From positions 310,001-374,000 of the forward strand of contig OY740795.1 in assembly GCA_963514005.1 (NCBI GenBank): a DNA stretch of 64,000 nucleotides, written 5' to 3'. A model generated the notes under the pieces. It did no database searches. It had not been told where the DNA came from and saw only the letters and a list, made by a program, of their open reading frames with translations. The position numbers were made by a program, and so were the translations under genes. Each line of letters opens with the position of its first letter. The stretch's first letter is position 1. The DNA is from Raja brachyura (lineage: Eukaryota). Positions 39,286 to 54,247 of this stretch are shown in pieces.

Positions 39286-39692
39286 ACTTCCCGCTGCCAA
39301 GCGAATATTTGCCATCTTAGAATGGCCACGCTGGTGGTCCAAATCTTACTTGCCAGATGAGTAGACTATATTCCCCAACTGCGTATTTGATTGTCAAATT
39401 TTCAGAAGTCGGTAATTTTCTGTAACGTGGATTCGGTTCAATTCCTGGTGTGAGAATACCCTTAGGTTTACGCCGTTTATGGAGTTAGTCTTGGACTAAC
39501 CACCTATCCGTCAGGGTACCCAACTTATATCTCATCGTCGCCGTTACCTCGACGGTCAGCACAGCTTTATTCAGTCAGCGCCCATCACTGCACAGTTCGT
39601 ACGATTTACAGGCAAGCATCAGCCCAGTTACTGAGCTCTTTCTGAAAGTCAAGCCATGCCTTTGTGTTTCGCGGTAATGCTATTCGAACAGA

Positions 39693-39764
39693 GGCGCGGT
39701 GGCCAAGTGGCAAGGCGTCGGTCTCGTAAACCGAAGATCGCGGGTTCAAATCCCGTCCGTGCCT
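39693..39764 (+). tRNA. tRNA-Thr (anticodon CGT)
   Basis: GGCGCGGTGGCCAAGTGGCAAGGCGTCGGT-CT-CGT-AA-ACCGAAGATCGCGGGTTCAAATCCCGTCCGTGCCT forms an intact 72-nt cloverleaf of the vertebrate Thr-CGT type. Confidence 0.93.
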
Positions 39765-40488
39765 GCAGACCTATAGCTTCCTTTAGCAGTCTGCATTGTG
39801 GCGCCTGATTCCAATTTCAAACTGCACAAATCGGTCGCTCGGGTGCACCCGCGCTTCTTTTATCCTGCTTTGAACACCACGCTTTCACGCATGCCACTTA
39901 TTTGGTGGATTCTCCAAACTGAACCACGAAATTATTCACAAAACCGAAGGGCCGAATGGCCGACTCCTGCACCTGTTGTATATTGTCCATTGTCCATTGT
40001 CTAACATGATTTCGAATCGGGATTGATTTCCAATATTTTTGACAGTAACTGTGAAGGATCTTGCATCCAATCGATTGAACACTCTCGGGCAGATCCTCTG
40101 CATAAGACAACCAGAGGACCGTACATGCACACACACCAGCCGTCTAAATGTGGACAGGTTTGTTTGATAATATCTTCAAGCGACGAGACTGCATTTATTA
40201 TCAGTGTACGATTGCCCAGTGGTCCGGATTCAGAGTTTCATCGCTTGTTTCAGGTTTGTTTGCCCTTCTGGGAATAGCATAACTTTACTGCGATTCCGGA
40301 GATAGTCCTGTATGAACAACTCTCGGTCCCTTTCCTCTCCTTCGATTTCGGCCTCGCCATCTCCACCTAAGCGATGTAATCTGTATCGCTGTACAACTCG
40401 ATCCCGATCATAAGCTTTGATGTGTTTTACTTCTCGTTATCCAGGTCCACTTATGTCTAAATTATCCAAACATCACCAATACAACACA

Positions 40489-40560
40489 GGCGCGGTGGTT
40501 GAGTCGCAAGGCTTCAGTCTCGTAAGCCGAAGATCGCTGGAACAAATCCTCTCCGTGCCT
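40489..40560 (+). pseudogene. Decayed tRNA-Thr(CGT) copy
   Basis: Colinear 72-nt copy of 39693-39764 with disrupted stems and B box. Confidence 0.85.
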
Positions 40561-40589
40561 GCAGTCGGTAACGTACCTTTAATATTATA

Positions 40590-41480
40590 CGTTGAGCCGC
40601 CTGATCCCTTTTCCAGATAGAATGACTGGTGCAGAGGGTCTTCTGTCGCCGGTCATCACTGCACGCTTGCGTAAGTCAATGACTCCAATGGATATCTGGA
40701 CTACACTTCTTACTACCCTGCTTCCTGTAAGACTCCATTCCCTACTCCCAATTCCTCCGTCTGCGCCGCATCTGCACCGAGGATAAGATGTTCCACACCA
40801 GGGCATCGGAAATGTCCTCATTCTTCAGGGAACGGAAGTTCCCCTCTTCTAGGATATATGAGGCTTTCACGAGGGCCTCTTCCATACCCCGTGACTCTGC
40901 TCTCACTCCCCATCCCCCCACTCATAACAAGCGGAGCGGCCCCCTTGGCCTCATCTTCCATTGTACCAGCCATCACATACAACAGATAACCCTCCGACAT
41001 TTTCGTCACCTCGAACGTGATCCCGCACTTGACAGATCTTTCCATCGCCTCCGCTTTCTGTTTTCCGCAGAGACCGCTCATCCGTAACTCCCTGGTCAAT
41101 TCGTCCCTTCCCACCCAAACCACCCCCTCTCCGGGAACATTCCTTTGCAATCGTAAGAAATGCTACACTTGTCACTTTACCTCCCACCTTGACTCCATTC
41201 TAGGAACCAAGCAGTCTTTCCTGGTGTGGCGGAGGTTCACCTGCGCCTACTGCAAGCATATCTATTGCAGCCGCTGCTCTGGATGTCAGCTGCTCTACAT
41301 CGGTGAGACCAAGCGTAGGCGAACACCTCCGTTCGGTTCGCAATAATCTACCTGATCTCCCGGTGGCTCAGCACTTCAACTCCCCCTCCCATTCCGAATC
41401 CGACCTTTCTGTCCTGGAACTCCTCCATGGCCCGAGTGAGGACCACTGTAAATTGGAGGAGCAACACCTCATATTTCGCT
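40590..41480 (+). mobile_element. Degraded Penelope-like element (RT C-terminus plus GIY-YIG)
   Basis: FHTRASEMSSFFRER, IYCSRCSGCQLLYIGETKR and LPVAQHFNS, homologous to 7210-10567. Confidence 0.88.
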
Positions 41481-41639
41481 TGGGCAGCTTCCACCCAGCG
41501 GTATTGGGAGGAGAAAAAAGGAGGACCTGGCGCGGGATGCTTTGCAACTTTGTCTGCGACTCTTTATGTGACAACTATTACATACCTTGGGTATGTAGGC
41601 AAGGATTTTCAACCTGAATTGTCACGTGACAATATATAT

Positions 41640-43637
41640 ATATATTTATTAGAGGTAAATACATCAATGCACACATATATACTGTTACAGTCATTGTACC
41701 CCATAATTTTTATGGCTTTTAAAGAAAAATAATAGAGAAAAAGAGAGTGAAGTGTGAAAAGAGTTGTGATAGTGAAAGAGCGTGCCAAAGGGGAGAAGAA
41801 AGCCTTGGTCAAAGAATTAGAAAAGGGGACTAAAAATAGACCCTAAAAAAAGAAAAGGACAAAGAAAAAAAAGGGAAAAAAACAGTTATTACGTTATATA
41901 TATCACGCAAAAGGAATCCACCAATTGGATAGTTTTTCATCCCCCCCAACCAAGGCCCGAGGTACTCCTGCACCCTATCTTTGTAGTAATTCTATAAATG
42001 CAGACCACATCTGATAGAAGCGGTCTGATTTTCCTTCCAGGCGGAGTCTCATATCTTCCAAATGTAGTGTTTCAAACATAGTTGAAATCCACATATTTAA
42101 TGTTGGAAAAGGAGCATTTTTCCAAAATGTTAAGATGATTTTTTTCCTATTTTTAAGCCGTAATCAAATAAATTCTTTTGATACACATTTAATTCCGAAC
42201 TACCTTCTGTCATTCCGAAAATAATCCATTCTGGCTTTGGTGTCATTTTTATTTTAACCAGTTTTGTGAAAATTTCAAAGATTTCAATCCAAAACCTTTG
42301 AATTTTTGTGCAAAAGATGAATGAGTGCGCTATAGTAGCTTCCTGACACTGGCATTTATCACAAATTGGTGAAACGTTAGGGAAAAAAATATTTAATTTA
42401 GTTTTTGAGTAGTATAATCTGTGTATTATTTTAAATTGTATTAAAGTGCATCTTGCGTTAATTGAGCATTTTTTGCAGATGTAATGTATTCTTTCCACCT
42501 TTCATTGGAAATTTTAATGCTTAGTTCGTTTTCCCAGTCACCTCTAATATTCTCCGTTATTGGTATTACTGCATTTAGTATAATATTATATATATGTGAA
42601 ATTAAATTTGCTGATTCCGCCTTTGTATTCATTACTTCATCTAGTAAGTCTAATGGCATTTTGTGAAATTCATGTGCATGTTTTTTCAAATAATTACATA
42701 TTTGGAAATATTTAAAATACTGATTGTTACCCAGATTGTATTTTAGTTGTAATTGTTTAAATGATAATAATTTTCCCATATCATACAGATCTCCCAAAGT
42801 TTTATTCCTGCTCTTTTCCATTGTATAAATGCTTTGTCTATAATTGAGGGTTTAAACGGGTTTTTTTTTGGAATAGGAGATAGGAGAGATAAGTTTCTTA
42901 ATTTTAAAATGTATTTTATTTGTTTCCAAATTCTAATTGTACTATGTATAATTGGGTTTTTGTTGCAATTTGTATTATTCACCGTCTGTGGTGAATGAAG
43001 GATCTCAACAATATTAAAGGGGGAGCAGTCCTCTTTCTCCATAATGTTCCATTCTGGTTTATGAAGAGAATTATCCAACAATTGAATCATATTTCTAATA
43101 TTTACCGACTAATAATAATACATACAATTTGGGAGTGCTAATCTTCCTACTGCTTTGGGTTTATTCAGGTGTGACCTTTGTATGCTATGGGTTTAATAAT
43201 CCCAAATAAATGTTGTTATATCTGAGTCCAATTAAAAAAAAAACTTTTTGGGTAGATATAGTGGAATTGATTGGAACAAGTATAGAATTTGTGGTAGAAA
43301 AATCATTTTTATGGCGTTTCGTCGACCTATTAAGGACATCGGAAGCGTTTTCCAGAATTTAATTAAATTATGTAGTTTCTTAAGTACAGGGTTATAGTTT
43401 GCTTTAAACATGTCTTGATATCTTCTAGTAATTTCAATACCCAAGTATTTAAATTGTCCCACAGCTATTTTAAAAGGAAATTGTACGAGATGTGTAGAAT
43501 CTTTCGGTTTTATTGACATGATTTCACTTTTATTCCAATGTTTTCTATCACCTGAAAATGAACCGAAATCGACAATTAAATTTAAATTGTTGGGTATAGT
43601 GATATGAGGCTTTGTGATGTACAAAAGTACATCATCA
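41640..43637 (-). mobile_element. L1-clade LINE, ORF2 3' fragments and 3' UTR
   Basis: FKYLGIEIT..W.TLPMSLIGR.NAIKM.FLPQILYLFQ and QFKIIHRLYY..C..C......H..I.C; AT-rich and frameshifted. Confidence 0.85.
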
Positions 43638-46600
43638 NNNNNNNNNNNNNNNNNNNNNNNNNNNNNNNNNNNNNNNNNNNNNNNNNNNNNNNNNNNNNNN
43701 NNNNNNNNNNNNNNNNNNNNNNNNNNNNNNNNNNNNNNNNNNNNNNNNNNNNNNNNNNNNNNNNNNNNNNNNNNNNNNNNNNNNNNNNNNNNNNNNNNNN
43801 NNNNNAGGTCTTATTGTATATGAGGCACCACTCCTCAGGTCTTCAGGGACATGTGTACTTTATGTTCCCAGGGTCAGAACAAAAAAGGCTGAAGCAGCGT
43901 TCAGTTTTTATGCTCCACACCTGTGAAATAAGCTCTCTGAACACCTGAGGTGTGCACAGACTGTAACCTCATTTAAATCAGGCCTAAAAACACTGTTTTT
44001 TTACTGTAGCTTTTCCATAGCCCAACATGCAGGTAATCTTAACCTTCAAATCTTAACACTTTTATGTGCTTTTAAAATCGTTTTAATGTTTTAGTGACTT
44101 TGTTTTACTATACATGCAATTGTCTTATTGCTTGTTATGTAATTTTTGATTATTGGCTATTTTGTTGTCCTGTGTTGTATTGCGGTTCTGCAATGTTTTT
44201 AACTATGTTATTCTTTTCTTTCTTTTGTAAAGCAATATGAATTGCAGCTTGTACGAATGGTGCTANNNNNNNNNNNNNNNNNNNNNNNNNNNNNNNNNNN
44301 NNNNNNNNNNNNNNNNNNNNNNNNNNNNNNNNNNNNNNNNNNNNNNNNNNNNNNNNNNNNNNNNNNNNNNNNNNNNNNNNNNNNNNNNNNNNNNNNNNNN
44401 NNNNNNNNNNNNNNNNNNNNNNNNNNNNNNNNNNNNNNNNNNNNNNNNNNNNAATCATTCAAATAAAAGGAACGGAAATGTAAATAGCATGTTCTACGCT
44501 CCCAGGAGAAACGTCAGAGAGCTGTTTTGAATATCTATGCGCGCAGCGTTTTGAAAACATTGCAAACATCCGGAAAATTCAGGCTGCATTTAAAATGAGT
44601 TGATGTGTAGGAAAGAACTGCAGATATTTGTATAAATCGAAGACAGAAACACAATGCTGGAGTAGCTCAGCGGGACATGCAGCATCTCTGGAGAGAAAAA
44701 AATGAGTTTTGTTTTGAGAATATTGCCAGCGTAGTACACGGGAAAGAGCAGCTTGAATCTATCCGAATGGAAAGAGAGTAAAATAGATTTACGAGGATGT
44801 TGCAAGAACTGGAGGGCATGAGCTGTAGGGAGAGATTGGGCGCACTGCGACTTTATACGATGCAGCGCGGGCGGCTGAGTGTTGATCCAAAATTACGAGT
44901 GCAAGGGACAGGGTGAATTAACAGAGCTTCACGGGGTCTGGGTATCAAAAACAAGGAGGGATAGTTTTAAGGTGAGATTTAGTAGTAACTTGAGCGGCAT
45001 TTTTGCACCTAGATTGTGGTGGGCTTATGAACCTAGCAGCCATGGGAGGTCGTGGAGGCAGCTACTACAACAACATTTCAAACGGATTTGGACAATAGGA
45101 TGCACAGGAAAGGATATGGGGGAAAACAGGGAAATGCGACCATCTTACAAGGGGTATCTTTGTCGACGTGCTCTAATGCCATATCGTTCATTTGCGCATT
45201 CAAAATGTTTTAACTATGCAACTCGCGGAATATTATTATACAAGAGTAAACACATGAGGTCGACAATAATGCATATAATGGCAGCCTTTACGACATTTTC
45301 AAAGCCCAACTTAGATAGCCATTACTCCTCGGCAATGGTTGGGAGGTATACTTTACGCAATAACTACACACTTAAGATAGTAACAACGAATATTCCAAAC
45401 GTTGTTTCTTTATTAATTAGTATTTTATTGAAGCAAATTAATAATCCGTCACTTTCCGTTCTTAATCGCTGTTCCATTGATGTCACATAAATCATATGAA
45501 ATGTCTTCTTATAAATGTATGTCGTGTCGTGATCATGTCACGTGTGTGTGGTAAAAACTGTTTTTCACCCATCCCTCCGAGACCCAACTTACTCCTAATC
45601 TATGAGTCTGCTCTGGTCTCTTCTGGAAATAGACACGCCCCTTCTACATATCAAATCCCACCTACAAAATACAGACAGATCAAAACGAATATTAAAAATG
45701 TTAGACATCCCTATAATATTGTGTCTTAGGCTTTATGGCTCCTACAATGTATTTATGTGCAGACTGGAAACGAAGAGGACGGCGAAGACTATTTTACTGA
45801 GTGATGGTGAATGACTGTTTCAAAGTTTTCAGAACTTAAAAATTAAGCTTGTAATTTATCCCATAATCTAATAAATAACTTTAATTTGATACCCAATCCA
45901 CTTTAATGGCCATTTTCATACTCGGAAATTAGCATATTGTACTCTATTGCTTTTCCATGAACTGAACACAGAAGCTGTGATCGAGGACAGTCAATTGACA
46001 TAAAAGCCAATTACTTTCTTAAAAATTAAGAGCCGAATGATATTTTCAGTTATTACAGATTCAAGCATTCTAAAACAAATATGATACATCTTACTTGGAT
46101 GGCTAGAAATTAAAGTATATAATTAGTAAAATTACCTAATTACGTAGCTAAATTACAAAAATAACCGTTGTGACGGAAATAATAATAAACACCCAAACTG
46201 CCTTGAAAATTCAAAAGTGTGACATTCTCAAGATCAGAACTTTAATATTATTATGACGTTAAAACATATAGTAAATACCCAACAAAAAACATATTCATCC
46301 GTGTCATCAAATTCATCTAAATGAAATTACTAGGTCTAACCACCTATCCCATTCTTAACAAAAGGCTCAACATGTTTGTATTAATAGCCACAGGATCCAA
46401 GTAACAAACCGATCCCATTTACACAAGATGTCACAATATAACATGATTTTCAAATCTCACTTTCTCATGCATTTCTATGCCAAATGGAAGGAATTTAATG
46501 TGTAATTCCCACAAATGTTACTCTTTCTTGCTGCAGCAGGCAAGGGCCGTTTTACAGAGACAATTGTTTAAAATCCAGAAACATCCACGTTCAAGATAAT

Positions 46601-48687
46601 CAAAATAATTATTTTATTGCACAATCATGTCATAAGAACATCTAATTATCTATATATTATATTATTGCCTATCCACGATCAATATCTTCATACTAAACAT
46701 CTCACTAATACTTTCATTTGGACGTTTTCAGATATTTAGTATCAAAATATTGATCTTGGATAGACAATAATACAACATATAGATGATTAAATGTTCTTAT
46801 GGCATGATTGCGCAAAGAAAAGTAATGAATATGATTATCTTGAGAGTGGCTGTTTCTGGATTGTGATCGATCGGAATATGGCCGCAAAATGTATGATTTA
46901 AGCCCCATATCGGCAGGCAAGACACGGCCGATATAGTATCGTTGCCTAAATTACATTTTTCGCATCATCAGATTGAAATGGGACCGCACCAAAAAGCAAG
47001 AAAATATGTTAAATAACGACATTCCTTTTGTTTTGTCCTGCACTTGCGATCTGTGATGTTGAAGGCGTTGGAAGTCGCGTTTAATTTGAATCGACCAGCA
47101 ACATAAAAAAAGGGACGGAAATCGTAGATCGATTTTTCATCATCAGCTTGAAGTCTGAGCAAATTCCTCTGCGACAACCAACACAAACCCGCATTTTAAT
47201 CCCGCCCATCCCGCAAACAGCCTCCGGAATCGCACGCACAGGCAGTGGGAAAATCTGCAGCGCCACTTGTTTTGTAACAACGCTACTATCTGAATACCGT
47301 GGGTTGCCTTGTATCACGCTGGTTTATATTAAAAATAGACACAAAATGTGGGTGTGCACCATCTCTAGAGAAAATTAAGACATGGCGTTTCGGGTCTGAA
47401 CGCTTCTTGAGATTGAATGTAAAAGTAGGCGGAGTGAAAAGGACTTGGCGCGGAGAAAAGGCCAGAAAAAAGTCAAGGCCGACAACAAATGAACTCTGGA
47501 AGGGTGGAGGCGAAAATGGCGCATTGTTGGCTGGGGAATGTGTGAAACAAGGATGCGAACTGTTGCATTGTATCGTGTTGGAAATGTATTGCCCCTGCTG
47601 TTCAGAGACAAAATATAATCACTGCCGCGGTTAATTGTGTAACCGTGTATAAGTCCCGGAAATAAATTGATTGTCTCATTACCCATTTAGCCTCGAGGTT
47701 ATGTAGGTTTTTAAAGTCCCTTCGGCCAAATCAGTTTCCAATCCTTTTTGCCATGGCTACGGGGGTTGAGGGGCAGGGGAGGTTAGACCACGTGCATTGA
47801 TACCGCTACGTGCACAGGATTCGAGTTTCGGCCGCGTATATCATTGAGTTTCAGTCTCAGTTCAGTTTAATTTTGGATATACGATTCTATCAACGTCCTG
47901 ACAGTGTACTGTATTTACAAATATTTTCAGTATTAACACCATAAACTTGTCAACATTTCAGAAGGGCGACGTGATGAAAATTAGTTGCACTGATGTTCAT
48001 TATTTCACACCATCGTTAGACATTTTAAAAAGAGGCAGTTAACTTCTTAGATTCGACGAGCATAATTCTGCATAACCCAGTCACGCTGATGAAGAGGATA
48101 TGGAATGCATCCAGCCCGTTTTACAAACGAAATTATCAATGCCTTTCACTTAATTTTGGGTTCCTGTCTTAAGCGAGCCTTTGCGGTGGCGCGGATGTAA
48201 ATGTCCAGCGCAAGCTCCATGCTGTTCTTCGGATCCATGTCAGCATAGTCTCGACCAATGAACCTCGCCAATGAGGACACCTACTGCCTTGCTACGTTTA
48301 TCTTAACACGCGACTCAAGCGCGAGCAATTCGGCGGAATTTTAGTTGCCCTCTGAGTCAGGGAACCAGTCAATTCAGGGAACTTAATTATGGACAGCAGA
48401 TGGGTTCTTACGAATAATACTCAAATAACACACAGAGAAATCTGAAATCTAGGACGATTTTATTTTGGAAATTTGTACTGTCAGAGTCTAAGGCTTATTT
48501 CGTACCCGGTATTATTGCCACAAGGCTATATCATCCATAGGCTTACTGCAGATAGCACACATGAACCTAAAGCGGACCTAACTTAAATACAGTATATGAA
48601 TGAGCAGCCTGCATAGGAAGTAAACGTTGTACCATTTATTTTTACAATTACCGTGAGATGCAGGGCGGACATTGATGGTCTTGCCCC

Positions 48688-51327
48688 TTACTTGATTTTG
48701 TTAATCAGCTTGAAGGGGTATGTGACCGCATTTTTCAACTGTTCTCTGAATTTCGTCTGCGTCCCCGCATAAATACACGAGTTGGTGCAGGAACTGAGAA
48801 GCTCCAGCATATATCCGCTTTCTTGAAGAATAAACCTCGGGTCAGTGGAATTGGAACTGTTGGCATAGTTTTTGCTTGAAAACTGCACAAACAGAAAGTT
48901 GACAACAAACGTCAGGCGCAGCAACATGAAACTACCCGAGATGGCAAAGAGTAAAATGATGGACTTCCTCCTGCTCTCCATCTCTGGGTCTCTCTGGTTG
49001 TCTCCATTGCCCTGGGCCCGGAGCCTCTTCCGGGCTCCACTGGCCGCCAGGATATGTCTGACTGTCAGCGCGTTTAGTAGCAGAATCAGAAGTAAAGGGA
49101 GACATGGGTTTAATATGCGATGCAGCCAGTCATAAACTCGCCAGGAAGTTGATGTATAATATATTTGTTTTATGCTGCAATACCAGGGCACCTTATCGAT
49201 AACATACATGGGCTCATAAACAAAGTAAAGCGGTATGTTTTTGAAACAGACAAGTGCGCAGACTACTCCAATAACTGCAGTCGCCGTTTTCTCCGTGCAA
49301 TAACCGTGTTTCAGTCGCTGGCAGCAAATGACGATGAACCGATCGAAGGTGAACGCGACAGTTAACCAGACGGACGTGTCTTTGCAAGCCCAGCTGACTG
49401 CAATGACGACACTGCAGGCCGGATTTGTTGCCAAGAAACTAAGAGGGAAATAAATAGGCCGGAGCCGGCTCAATATCACGGCTGCGATATTGACCAGGAG
49501 ATCCGACATCGCCATGAACACCAGGTAGCGTGTGATGCATTTGGAAAGGCCGCATCTTCCCTGGGAGAGAATCGCGATCGTTACCATATTGGCTGAGAAA
49601 CAAAGAGAAATACGATGGAGTTATTCATCATAATTCCGGCCGCGTCGCCAGTTTATAGGAACGTAGAAACGAAATTCAGTCCTGGTGAAATTTACTGTCG
49701 TTGAAAATAATACGGCGAGGCTTTTGTGCTCTCCCCGTCTCCTTTTCAGCTTCCTCTTACCCCTACACTCAGATGAAAGAAGTGTCTGTCCCGACACGAA
49801 ACCTTCGCCTCTCCACGTCCTTCACAGACGCTGCCTGAAGCGTTTATCAGTTAAAATGACCACACCGAATGGAAACGTTCCCACATAGCTTAACTTAGTA
49901 TTCTTTGGTTTGAAATGTTTATGGTTTAGAATGGAAGAAATGGGGAAAAAAACATGTAAATAATAGTAAATTGGGAAAATGCATACATTTGAAAGCAAAC
50001 AGTGGAACCTTACCCAGGTAACCAATGACAAACATGAATAAATTTATCGGTGATAATAGACCTACCTAATAGTTGCCTTAATTTGCCATGATCTGTCGAG
50101 GCATAAGATAAAAAACATGGGCAAACTTCATCCATACAATGTATATTCCGATAGTAATACAGGGTTCTGATACAAAATTGAACCAGACGGAAGAGAGTGG
50201 AGGTGGAATTCCGGCGCGCTCTCCAAGACACCAAACAGCACCGAACATTGAAGCATTCTCCATTGCCAAACATTTTTCTACTTGCACTCTCTCTGTCTTT
50301 GCAACACTATATTCTACACTCTGCTATTTTTTTTCTCTTGAGCAATAACTATTGTACACTTGGATGGTATGAGTTGCCTGCATATCATGCATCACAAATT
50401 ATTCCACTGTATCTCCGGACAAGGCAATCATATATCAATGCCTATAATATATTAATACCAGTAAAAGTTTTCCCGGTATCTCGGTACACGCGACAATGCA
50501 CTAAACTCAAATACAGATACCGATTAAGTTACTTTCCGGTTTTTGTGGGGAGAGGTTGACTTTGCCGGAGATAATTATCTCGCTTGGTATGTAATGACCC
50601 CATCGGATTCTGGACGCAAAGAAGCGGGCTGGCATCAGTTTCACATCTTACAGGAAAATGAACATATGGAAGCTGCTTTATATTAAAAAAATACAAACTA
50701 AGTTATTTTAAAAATGTGAAGAAGGGTCTCGACCGGAAACGTAACACATTCCCTTTCTCCAGAGATGCTCCCTGGCAGGCTTACTTACTCCAGCTTTTCG
50801 TGCCAGTCTTTGGTTTAAACCAGCATTTGCTGTTCCTCCCTTCACAGACATGCGGAGTCTGATACAGAAAATTCGTTTAAAGCACGAAGACTGCATACGC
50901 AGCGCTGGCGGCAACGATGTCATTCAAATAAGTGCTGATTACAATGCCTGCCTTTGTTACCAACAGAACGAATCGAACGAATGTCAACCTGAAAACTGCT
51001 AGTATAATTGAATGCATTCTCCGTATTGAGACACTAGATTGTGCCCATTAAACTGTCAAAGCGAGCAAAAATCGGTGAATATGGGCGTCTATTACAAAGT
51101 AAGACGGGTGAAAGGAAAAGTAACTTTCAAATTAACAAACATTTTCACTGTTCGTGACAATAAATACACTTATCTAACTGTTCTAACGAGGGACCTGTAA
51201 CTGGATGTAACACGGTTTAACTTAGGTTTCCGCTATTCTTTTAATAGGAAAATTTACCTGGCAAGCCAAAAGCCGCAAGAGTAGTGTAGTAAACCGCAAA
51301 GAATGGTGCATTACCAGGCGCGTGCAT
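48688..51327 (-). CDS. GPR139/GPR142-like class A GPCR, two exons (51327-51258 and 49592-48688), ~324 aa
   Basis: Exon 1 MHAPGNAPFFAVYYTTLAAFGLP|A (GTAAAT donor) splices in frame to NMVTIAILSQGRCGLSKCITRYLVFMAMSD..TFDRF..NSCIY. The product has a 7TM hydrophobic pattern. Confidence 0.9.
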
Positions 51328-52511
51328 TTCCTTTGTAAAGATGTGCTGATAATCAATAACTACTGAAATACTTATGTTGGACTTCTATTTATACCCAGCA
51401 CGATTCTCAACGGCTGTAGGTAACTTGCATCATCAGAATTGTTAATTAACATTTTCTGAATAAACAAATTAAGTCATTTCACGCACGTGTGATTTAATCC
51501 AGCAGCACGATTAAAAACGTGACGCGGCTCTCGTTTGTGATTGAAATCTCGTTTTGGATAAGGTAGAAATAGTGTCCCTTGTGAGATAAGAGATTAAGGT
51601 TCTTGTCTGTTAACTAATTGCTAAATAGAGCACTGTCGAAGGAGAGTCACAAAATATATTTCATGAAGAGCAAAACTGAAAAAATTGAGATTCAATTGGA
51701 AACGGGCGTGTAAGAAAATTGGGCAAAGGGACAGAATAGTTGTTTTCATGATATCCATGCAGAAATGACCGGTTTTCTACGAATAAATCAATGTCTTAGA
51801 CTTAGAGGACTGAAACACAATGTATGGACTTACAGAAAACATGCCATATGTGTGGTTTTGTCAAGAATAGTAGTAGGCCTAATAAAATGATTTACAACTA
51901 GTTGGAGTTGTTAGGCAGAAAGCGGCTGAAAAGGGATGCTCATGGATTGGTTATTTTTGCATTAGGTTATGTGGAAAGAAAACATTCATGAATGTCCCAG
52001 AGGGCGGCGCCGCTGAAATAATCTTATCGGGATGTATCGCAGCCTTTGTTTTGGAGCAGCTTCAACCAAGCAGACCATCACTTAAATCAGCCTCTCTTCC
52101 AATGACACCATCTACACTTCGGGATACGCCGGCAAAGACCAAGGAAACAATCAAGGACCAATCTCACCCCGGTCACTTCCATTTGCCCCACTTTGATCAC
52201 GCATGAACTACAGCAGATTAAAAACGCATACCTCCAGATTCAGGGACAGATTCATCCCAACTGTTATTAGGCAACTGAACAATTCTGTCAACTGGACTAC
52301 GGTTCTGACCTCCCATCTGCCTAGTAGGAGACCACGGAACTATCATTAATCGGAATTTATCGGGGCATGTTGCGTAGGCTGGACCAATATCCTTGGAGTG
52401 CACAGGACGAGGGGTAATCTTTTCGAGGTGTATCAAATCATGAGACGAAAAATCGGGTAGATGCATAGAGTCTCTTGCCCAGATTAGGTGAATCGAGGAA
52501 CAGAGGACATG

Positions 52512-52982
52512 TGTTTAAACGCGTTGTTTAAAGCCTCACGCGCTAAGCTGACAGCGTTCTGTTTAATACATTGCACGCCAACTCTCTAGCGCAGTGTGTA
52601 TTACCTTGGCGCGCCAAGTCTGTGTCTGATAGCGACTTGTTTCCAAAGAGGGAGTTTGCTCGGGTGTAGTCCCCTGTCGTTGGTTGTAATTTTAATTGTG
52701 TGGCAGCGCAATCGGTTAGGACCTACCGGCGGTTATTTCAACGTCTGATTTCTGCCTGTATAAAGGCAGGCGCCGGAAAGCTGGAAGGTAGTTCTTGACG
52801 AGAAGGGTTCACCGACGGGCTGGGTTGCGATCAGCGCCGCGGACGGAAACAGAGATAGAGGTGTGCTGTTGCAAGACGGTTTTTGTTCTCTCTCTTGCGA
52901 ATAAAGCCGATTTATAACTTAACGGCGAATGTGCCTTTTGTCTGTTCTCCTAGTCAGATCCTTGAACCTGTTCCGTAATAAC
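52512..52982 (+). mobile_element. Possible solo LTR inserted in a CR1 3' fragment
   Basis: Interrupts CR1-like sequence, has an internal TATAAA (~52759) and AATAAA (~52900), and ends in ACA. The 5' end and any TSD are not resolved. Confidence 0.3.
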
Positions 52983-54247
52983 AGGAGGTAGTTGAGGCTG
53001 GGACAATGCGAATGTTTAATAAACTGGTATAACTGGTTAGACTGGTATATGGATAGGACAGATTGGGATTGCGATATAAACCAAATGCGCGCAGGTGGAA
53101 CTCGTGTAGCTGGGACATGATTGGACCTACTGGCCTTTGTGGGCAAGAAGGGCCGTAGGGCCTCTTTCCTCGCTGTTTCACTTTGTGACTCAATGACTCT
53201 GTCACTCTATCGCAATACATGTTTTGCTTCCGCACTTGTTTTGCGGCCCGCTGGGTTCCTCGCACGCCCTGATTGTGAGCTATTATAGAAAGTTTGGCAT
53301 TGTCGTTACATACAGTATCTTATATCGGACGTATTATCTCCCCGGATGTTTTAAATTGCGATTTACGCGTTATAATGGATATAATGTTTGAGTTATTGTC
53401 CAACAGTATTCCTTATCTATTCCCCTGACCTGAGGACTTATCTTCACAAATTGTATTGCTGATCATTACCATTTACGACAGCGCTCCGTGTACCAGTTAA
53501 CAGAAATTACATATCATCAATTTGCATTGCCTCGTTCGCTCTTCGGTATCATTAAACGTATGTCTATGAATCATGGAATCAGACTGAGGATTCAGTGGGA
53601 TTGATCGATTGGAAGACACAGCAAAAATCGCGCACTTCGGCCCACTGAGTCAATGCCGATCACCGAATGCACGTTCACACTGGTTCCATGCTCTTCTACT
53701 TTGGTGTCTACTCCAGCGCATATCGAGCAATTTACAGATGCCAATTAACCTACAAACCCGTACGTCTTTGGGATGTGGGAATAAACCGGTGAACCCGAAG
53801 GAATCCACGTGGTTACAGGTAGAATGTGCAAAACACGGCCAGCGCCTGATATCAGGCTATAACATGGGTATCTTGTGCTGCGAGACAGCAAATCCCACTC
53901 CTTATCTCCAGAGATGCTGCCTGTCCCGCTGAGCTATTCAAGCAATTTATGTCTACCTTCGATTTAAACTAGTAATTGAAGTTTTTTTTCCTACATTACT
54001 CAATAGCTATGTCATAATTACGAGTCGTGGACCCACGCAGCTCAGTAGGCTGGCTCTTCTCCAATCCGTTTCATGTTGTGATGCCCCGCCTACCTCGCGT
54101 TTGGTTCATTCACATGAGCAGCATTGCTTGCATTCATCTTTGCGAGCCAGCTGCAGCTAGTCGCTGGTTGAATGAGCTGGTTCGAGAGTTAGCATATTTG
54201 ATCGGACAGTGTTTCAATGACTGTTTACTTACATAATCGTGCCCATT

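Noticed and set aside
39500-39600. Minus-strand KAVLTVE followed by GT as a J or V remnant
   Set aside because: No GxG motif, no RSS and no cysteine framework.
44879-45490. 203-aa ORF
   Set aside because: It starts in decayed CR1 3' sequence and has no recognisable domain.
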